From NCBI RefSeq assembly GCF_964355755.1, contig NC_092670.1:1106201-1170200 (forward strand): a DNA stretch of 64,000 bases. The letters are read 5' to 3'. Below the pieces are notes generated by a model, which made no database searches, had not been told where the DNA came from, and saw only the letters and a list, made by a program, of their open reading frames with translations. The position numbers and the translations under genes are program-made. Within the stretch, counting starts at the first letter, position 1. Each line of letters begins with the position of its first letter. Below are positions 57,101-64,000 of the stretch, one piece after another. This DNA is from Antedon mediterranea. Lineage: Eukaryota > Animalia > Echinodermata.

Positions 57101-60100
57101 AATATTATATTTAAAATTCATGCCTGTACCTGAGCTTTAAAACGTGTACAGATTAGAATGGAAACCCCCAGTGGTTAGAACAGCAGCTACTACAAGCACT
57201 GTCATCATTAAAACGTGTACAGATTAGAATGGAAACCCCCAGTGGATAGAACAGCAGCTACTACAAGCACTGTCATCATTAAAACGTGTACAGATTAGAA
57301 TGGAAACCCCCAGTGGATAGAACAGCAGCTACTACAAGCACTGTCATCATTAAAACGTGTACAGATTAGAATGGAAACCCCCAGTGGATAGAACAGCAGC
57401 TACTACAAGCACTGTCATCATTAAAACGTGTACAGATTAGAATGGAAACCCCCAGTGGTTAGAACAGCAGCTACTACAAGCACTGTCATCATTAAAACGT
57501 GTACAGATTAGAATGGAAACCCCCAGTGGATAGAACAGCAGCTACTACAAGCACTGTCATCATTAAAACGTGTACAGATTAGAATTGAAACCCCCAGTGG
57601 ATAGAACAGCAGCTACTACAAGCACTGTCATCATTAAAACGTGTACAGATTAGAATGGAAACCCCCAGTGGATAGAAGAGCAGCTACTACAAGCACTGTC
57701 ATCATTAAAACGTGTACAGATTAGAATGGAAACCCCCAGTGGATAGAACAGCAGGTACTACAAGCACTGTCATCATTAAAACGTGTACAGATTAGAATGG
57801 AAACCCCCAGTGGATAGAACAGCAGCTACTACAAGCACTGTCATCATTAAAACGTGTACAGATTAGAATGGAAACCCCCAGTGGATAGAACAGCAGCTAC
57901 TACAAGCACTGTCATCATTAAAACGTGTACAGATTAGAATGGAAACCCCCAGTGGATAGAACAGCAGCTACTACAAGCACTGTCATCATTAAAACGTGTA
58001 CAGATTAGAATGGAAACCCCCAGTGGATAGAACAGCAGGTACTACAAGCACTGTCATCATTAAAACGTGTACAGATTAGAATGGAAACCTCCAGTGGATA
58101 GAACAGCAGCTACTACAAGCACTGTCATCATTAAAACGTTTACAGATTAGAATGGAAACCCCCAGTGGTTAGAACAGCAGCTACTACAAGCACTGTCATC
58201 ATTAAAACGTGTACAGATTAGAATGGAAACCCCCAGTGGATAGAACAGCAGCTACTACAAGCACTGTCATCATTAAAACGTGTACAGATTAGAATGGAAA
58301 CCCCCAGTGGATAGAACAGCAGCTACTACAAGCACTGTCATCATTAAAACGTGTACAGATTAGAATGGAAACCCCCAGTGGATAGAAGAGCAGCTACTAC
58401 AAGCACTGTCATCATTAAAACGTGTACAGATTAGAATGGAAACCCCCAGTGGATAGAACAGCAGCTACTACAAGCACTGTCATCATTAAAACGTGTACAG
58501 ATTAGAATGGAAACCCCCAGTGGATAGAACAGCAGCTACTACAAGCACTGTCATCATTAAAACGTGTACAGATTAGAATGGAAACCCCCAGTGGTTAGAA
58601 CAGCAGCTACTACAAGCACTGTCATCATTAAAACGTGTACAGATTAGAATGGAAACCCCCAGTGGATAGAACAGCAGCTACTACAAGCACTGTCATCATT
58701 AAAACGTTTACAGATTAGAATGGAAACCCCCAGTGGATAGAACAGCAGCTACTACAAGCACTGTCATCATTAAAACGTGTACAGATTAGAATGGAAACCC
58801 CCAGTGGATAGAAGAGCAGCTACTACAAGCACTGTCATCATTAAAACGTGTACAGATTAGAATGGAAACCCCCAGTGGTTAGAAGAGCAGCTACTACAAG
58901 CACTGTCATCATTAAAACGTGTACAGATTAGAATGGAAACCCCCAGTGGTTAGAAGAGCAGCTACTACAAGCACTGTCATCATTAAAACGTGTACAGATT
59001 AGAATGGAAACCCCCAGTGGATAGAACAGCAGCTACTACAAGCACTGTCATCATTAAAACGTGTACAGATTAGAATGGAAACCCCCAGTGGTTAGAACAG
59101 CAGCTACTACAAGCACTGTCATCATTAAAACGTGTACAGATTAGAATGGAAACCCCCAGTGGTTAGAAGAGCAGCTACTACAAGCACTGTCATCATTAAA
59201 ACGTGTACAGATTAGAATGGAAACCCCCAGTGGTTAGAACAGCAGCTACTACAAGCACTGTCATCATTAAAACGTGTACAGATTAGAATGGAAACCCCCA
59301 GTGGTTAGAACAGCAGCTACTACAAGCACTGTCATCATTAAAACGTGTACAGATTAGAATGGAAACCCCCAGTGGATAGAACAGCAGCTACTACAAGCAC
59401 TGTCATCATTAAAACGTGTACAGATTAGAATGGAAACCCCCAGTGGTTAGAACAGCAGCTACTACAAGCACTGTCATCATTAAAACGTGTACAGATTAGA
59501 ATGGAAACCCCCAGTGGTTAGAACAGCAGCTACTACAAGCACTGTCATCATTAAAACGTGTACAGATTAGAATGGAAACCCCCAGTGGATAGAACAGCAG
59601 GTACTACAAGCACTGTCATCATTAAAACGTGTACAGATTAGAATGGAAACCCCCAGTGGATAGAACAGCAGCTACTACAAGCACTGTCATCATTAAAACG
59701 TGTACAGATTAGAATGGAAACCCCCAGTGGTTAGAACAGCAGCTACTACAAGCACTGTCATCATTAAAACGTGTACAGATTAGAATGGAAACCCCCAGTG
59801 GATAGAACAGCAGCTACTACAAGCACTGTCATCATTAAAACGTGTACAGATTAGAATGGAAACCCCCAGTGGATAGAACAGCAGCTACTACAAGCACTGT
59901 CATCATTAAAACGTGTACAGATTAGAATGGAAACCCCCAGTGGTTAGAACAGCAGCTACTACAAGCACTGTCATCATTAAAACGTGTACAGATTAGAATG
60001 GAAACCCCCAGTGGTTAGAAGAGCAGCTACTACAAGCACTGTCATCATTAAAACGTGTACAGATTAGAATGGAAACCCCCAGTGGTTAGAACAGCAGCTA

Positions 60101-63100
60101 CTACAAGCACTGTCATCATTAAAACGTGTACAGATTAGAATGGAAACCCCCAGTGGTTAGAACAGCAGCTACTACAAGCACTGTCATCATTAAAACGTGT
60201 ACAGATTAGAATGGAAACCCCCAGTGGATAGAACAGCAGCTACTACAAGCACTGTCATCATTAAAACGTGTACAGATTAGAATGGAAACCCCCAGTGGTT
60301 AGAACAGCAGCTACTACAAGCACTGTCATCATTAAAACGTGTACAGATTAGAATGGAAACCCCCAGTGGTTAGAACAGCAGCTACTACAAGCACTGTCAT
60401 CATTAAAACGTGTACAGATTAGAATGGAAACCCCCAGTGGTTAGAACAGCAGCTACTACAAGCACTGTCATCATTAAAACGTGTACAGATTAGAATGGAA
60501 ACCCCCAGTGGATAGAACAGCAGCTACTACAAGCACTGTCATCATTAAAACGTGTACAGATTAGAATGGAAACCCCCAGTGGATAGAACAGCAGCTACTA
60601 CAAGCACTGTCATCATTAAAACGTGTACAGATTAGAATGGAAACCCCCAGTGGATAGAACAGCAGCTACTACAAGCACTGTCATCATTAAAACGTGTACA
60701 GATTAGAATGGAAACCCCCAGTGGTTAGAACAGCAGCTACTACAAGCACTGTCATCATTAAAACGTGTACAGATTAGAATGGAAACCCCCAGTGGTTAGA
60801 ACAGCAGCTACTACAAGCACTGTCATCATTAAAACGTGTACAGATTAGAATGGAAACCCCCAGTGGATAGAACAGCAGCTACTACAAGCACTGTCATCAT
60901 TAAAACGTGTACAGATTAGAATGGAAACCCCCAGTGGTTAGAACAGCAGGTACTACAAGCACTGTCATCATTAAAACGTGTACAGATTAGAATGGAAACC
61001 CCCAGTGGATAGAACAGCAGCTACTACAAGCACTGTCATCATTAAAACGTGTACAGATTAGAATGGAAACCCCCAGTGGATAGAACAGCAGCTACTACAA
61101 GCACTGTCATCATTAAAACGTGTACAGATTAGAATGGAAACCCCCAGTGGATAGAACAGCAGCTACTACAAGCACTGTCATCATTAAAACGTGTACAGAT
61201 TAGAATGGAAACCCCCAGTGGATAGAACAGCAGCTACTACAAGCACTGTCATCATTAAAACGTGTACAGATTAGAATGGAAACCCCCAGTGGATAGAACA
61301 GCAGCTACTACAAGCACTGTCATCATTAAAACGTGTACAGATTAGAATTGAAACCCCCAGTGGATAGAACAGCAGCTACTACAAGCACTGTCATCATTAA
61401 AACGTTTACAGATTAGAATGGAAACCCCCAGTGGTTAGAACAGCAGGTACTACAAGCACTGTCATCATTAAAACGTGTACAGATTAGAATGGAAACCCCC
61501 AGTGGATAGAACAGCAGCTACTACAAGCACTGTCATCATTAAAACGTGTACAGATTAGAATGGAAACCCCCAGTGGTTAGAACAGCAGCTACTACAAGCA
61601 CTGTCATCATTAAAACGTGTACAGATTAGAATGGAAACCCCCAGTGGATAGAACAGCAGCTACTACAAGCACTGTCATCATTAAAACGTGTACAGATTAG
61701 AATGGAAACCCCCAGTGGTTAGAACAGCAGCTACTACAAGCACTGTCATCATTAAAACGTGTACAGATTAGAATGGAAACCCCCAGTGGTTAGAACAGCA
61801 GGTACTACAAGCACTGTCATCATTAAAACGTGTACAGATTAGAATGGAAACCCCCAGTGGATAGAACAGCAGCTACTACAAGCACTGTCATCATTAAAAC
61901 GTGTACAGATTAGAATGGAAACCCCCAGTGGTTAGAACAGCAGCTACTACAAGCACTGTCATCATTAAAACGTGTACAGATTAGAATGGAAACCCCCAGT
62001 GGATAGAACAGCAGCTACTACAAGCACTGTCATCATTAAAACGTGTACAGATTAGAATGGAAACCCCCAGTGGATAGAACAGCAGGTACTACAAGCACTG
62101 TCATCATTAAAACGTGTACAGATTAGAATGGAAACCCCCAGTGGTTAGAAGAGCAGCTACTACAAGCACTGTCATCATTAAAACGTGTACAGATTAGAAT
62201 GGAAACCTCCAGTGGTTAGAAGAGCAGCTACTACAAGCACTGTCATCATTAAAACGTGTACAGATTAGAATGGAAACCCCCAGTGGTTAGAACAGCAGCT
62301 ACTACAAGCACTGTCATCATTAAAACGTGTACAGATTAGAATGGAAACCCCCAGTGGATAGAACAGCAGCTACTACAAGCACTGTCATCATTAAAACGTG
62401 TACAGATTAGAATGGAAACCCCCAGTGGATAGAACAGCAGCTACTACAAGCACTGTCATCATTAAAACGTGTACAGATTAGAATGGAAACCTCCAGTGGT
62501 TAGAACAGCAGCTACTACAAGCACTGTCATCATTAAAACGTGTACAGATTAGAATGGAAACCCCCAGTGGATAGAACAGCAGCTACTACAAGCACTGTCA
62601 TCATTAAAACGTGTACAGATTAGAATGGAAACCTCCAGTGGTTAGAACAGCAGCTACTACAAGCACTGTCATCATTAAAACGTGTACAGATTAGAATGGA
62701 AACCCCCAGTGGTTAGAAGAGCAGCTACTACAAGCACTGTCATCATTAAAACGTGTACAGATTAGAATGGAAACCCCCAGTGGTTAGAAGAGCAGCTACT
62801 ACAAGCACTGTCATCATTAAAACGTGTACAGATTAGAATGGAAACCCCCAGTGGATAGAACAGCAGCTACTACAAGCACTGTCATCATTAAAACGTGTAC
62901 AGATTAGAATGGAAACCTCCAGTGGATAGAACAGCAGCTACTACAAGCACTGTCATCATTAAAACGTGTACAGATTAGAATTGAAACCCCCAGTGGTTAG
63001 AACAGCAGCTACTACAAGCACTGTCATCATTAAAACGTGTACAGATTAGAATTGAAACCCCCAGTGGTTAGAAGAGCAGCTACTACAAGCACTGTCATCA

Positions 63101-63837
63101 TTAAAACGTGTACAGATTAGAATGGAAACCCCCAGTGGTTAGAACAGCAGCTACTACAAGCACTGTCATCATTAAAACGTGTACAGATTAGAATGGAAAC
63201 CCCCAGTGGTTAGAACAGCAGCTACTACAAGCACTGTCATCATTAAAACGTGTACAGATTAGAATGGAAACCCCCAGTGGATAGAACAGCAGCTACTACA
63301 AGCACTGTCATCATTAAAACGTGTACAGATTAGAATGGAAACCCCCAGTGGATAGAACAGCAGCTACTACAAGCACTGTCATCATTAAAACGTGTACAGA
63401 TTAGAATGGAAACCCCCAGTGGATAGAACAGCAGCTACTACAAGCACTGTCATCATTAAAACGTGTACAGATTAGAATGGAAACCCCCAGTGGATAGAAC
63501 AGCAGCTACTACAAGCACTGTCATCATTAAAACGTGTACAGATTAGAATGGAAACCCCCAGTGGATAGAAGAGCAGCTACTACAAGCACTGTCATCATTA
63601 AAACGTGTACAGATTAGAATGGAAACCCCCAGTGGATAGAACAGCAGCTACTACAAGCACTGTCATCATTAAAACGTGTACAGATTAGAATGTATTAACA
63701 TTATCAATATTACTCCTCATCTTACCACAATCATTGAAAACAACAGATACATGACAATCTCCTCGTTCTACAGTGTGACTGTTTGAAACTACCAGAGCCA
63801 CCATCAGTGACAAGACGGTCAACCTCACCAGCTGCAT
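54111..63837 (-). CDS. FReD lectin F6 (intact frame; 7.9-kb first intron filled with satellite)
   Basis: Exons 63837-63726 ([37 protein letters not shown]), 55841-55702, 55480-55219, 54364-54111. TATAAATA near 63913-63920. Confidence 0.85.
54572..54903. mobile_element. Kolobok-type MITE in F6 intron 3
   Basis: TTAA TSD; TIRs AGATGTATTGTCCCC / GGGGACAATACATCT; AG...CT termini. Confidence 0.85.
55995..63692. repeat. 71-bp satellite array, about 100 copies, in F6 intron 1
   Basis: Unit GGAAACCCCCAGTGGWTAGAACAGCAGCTACTACAAGCACTGTCATCATTAAAACGTGTACAGATTAGAAT with period 71 (57151 to 57222); no unique spacers. Confidence 0.97.
56543..57136. mobile_element. Kolobok-type non-autonomous element inserted into one satellite unit
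   Basis: TTAA is duplicated (56539-56542 and 57137-57140). Imperfect TIRs AGGCCAGGTGCGGGCA / TGCCTGTACCTGAGCT. The satellite unit resumes in register after the element. Confidence 0.85.
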
Positions 63838-64000
63838 CTTCACTTGTCAGTTTATTCTGTATGTTTAGTCTACCTCAGAAAATGAATGTATAACAGTCGG
63901 CTGTGGAAAGTGTATTTATAGTCCAGTAATCAGGAAAAGGGTCCAGTCTAATAATCTGAGGTAGGGCATTAAATAACCAAAAAATCCGGCTTTTAAGCCT

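Noticed and set aside
55995-63692. Possible CRISPR-like array
   Set aside because: Units are head-to-tail with no unique spacers, there are no cas genes, and the context is a eukaryotic intron. The same applies to the 25-, 31-, 36- and 44-bp arrays.

Overview
This is AT-rich eukaryotic genomic DNA with spliceosomal GT-AG introns. It comes from an invertebrate animal, probably an echinoderm-type deuterostome (the taxon is inference). Many of the supplied ORFs are exon fragments or translations of tandem repeats. Splicing by eye gives four blocks. (1) Two tandem paralogues of a secreted mosaic protein: signal peptide, atypical C-type lectin domain, an array of calcium-binding EGF exons (17 in copy A, 6 in copy B) and a C-terminal PAN/Apple-like exon missing from the ORF track. 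(2) A minus-strand single-pass membrane protein resembling MOLO-1/TPM-domain proteins. (3) Chibby (CBY1) and TOMM22 side by side, as in the human genome. (4) Six fibrinogen-related domain (FReD) lectin genes on the minus strand, four intact and two disabled; the last carries an array of about 100 copies of a 71-bp unit in intron 1. Transposon remnants are dense and often nested: Harbinger/PIF, Kolobok, a hAT with a 5-bp TSD, a foldback element, a probable Helitron, CR1/L2, RTE, Penelope and Gypsy. Several minisatellites are present, some built from transposon ends. The most unusual signal is a recurrent TA to TA-GGCC-TA 6-bp insertion. It is strongly over-represented, visible as clean indels between paralogues, and has created a stop codon in one FReD gene. 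I found no rRNA, tRNA or CRISPR. Coordinates were counted by hand and may be off by a few bases.
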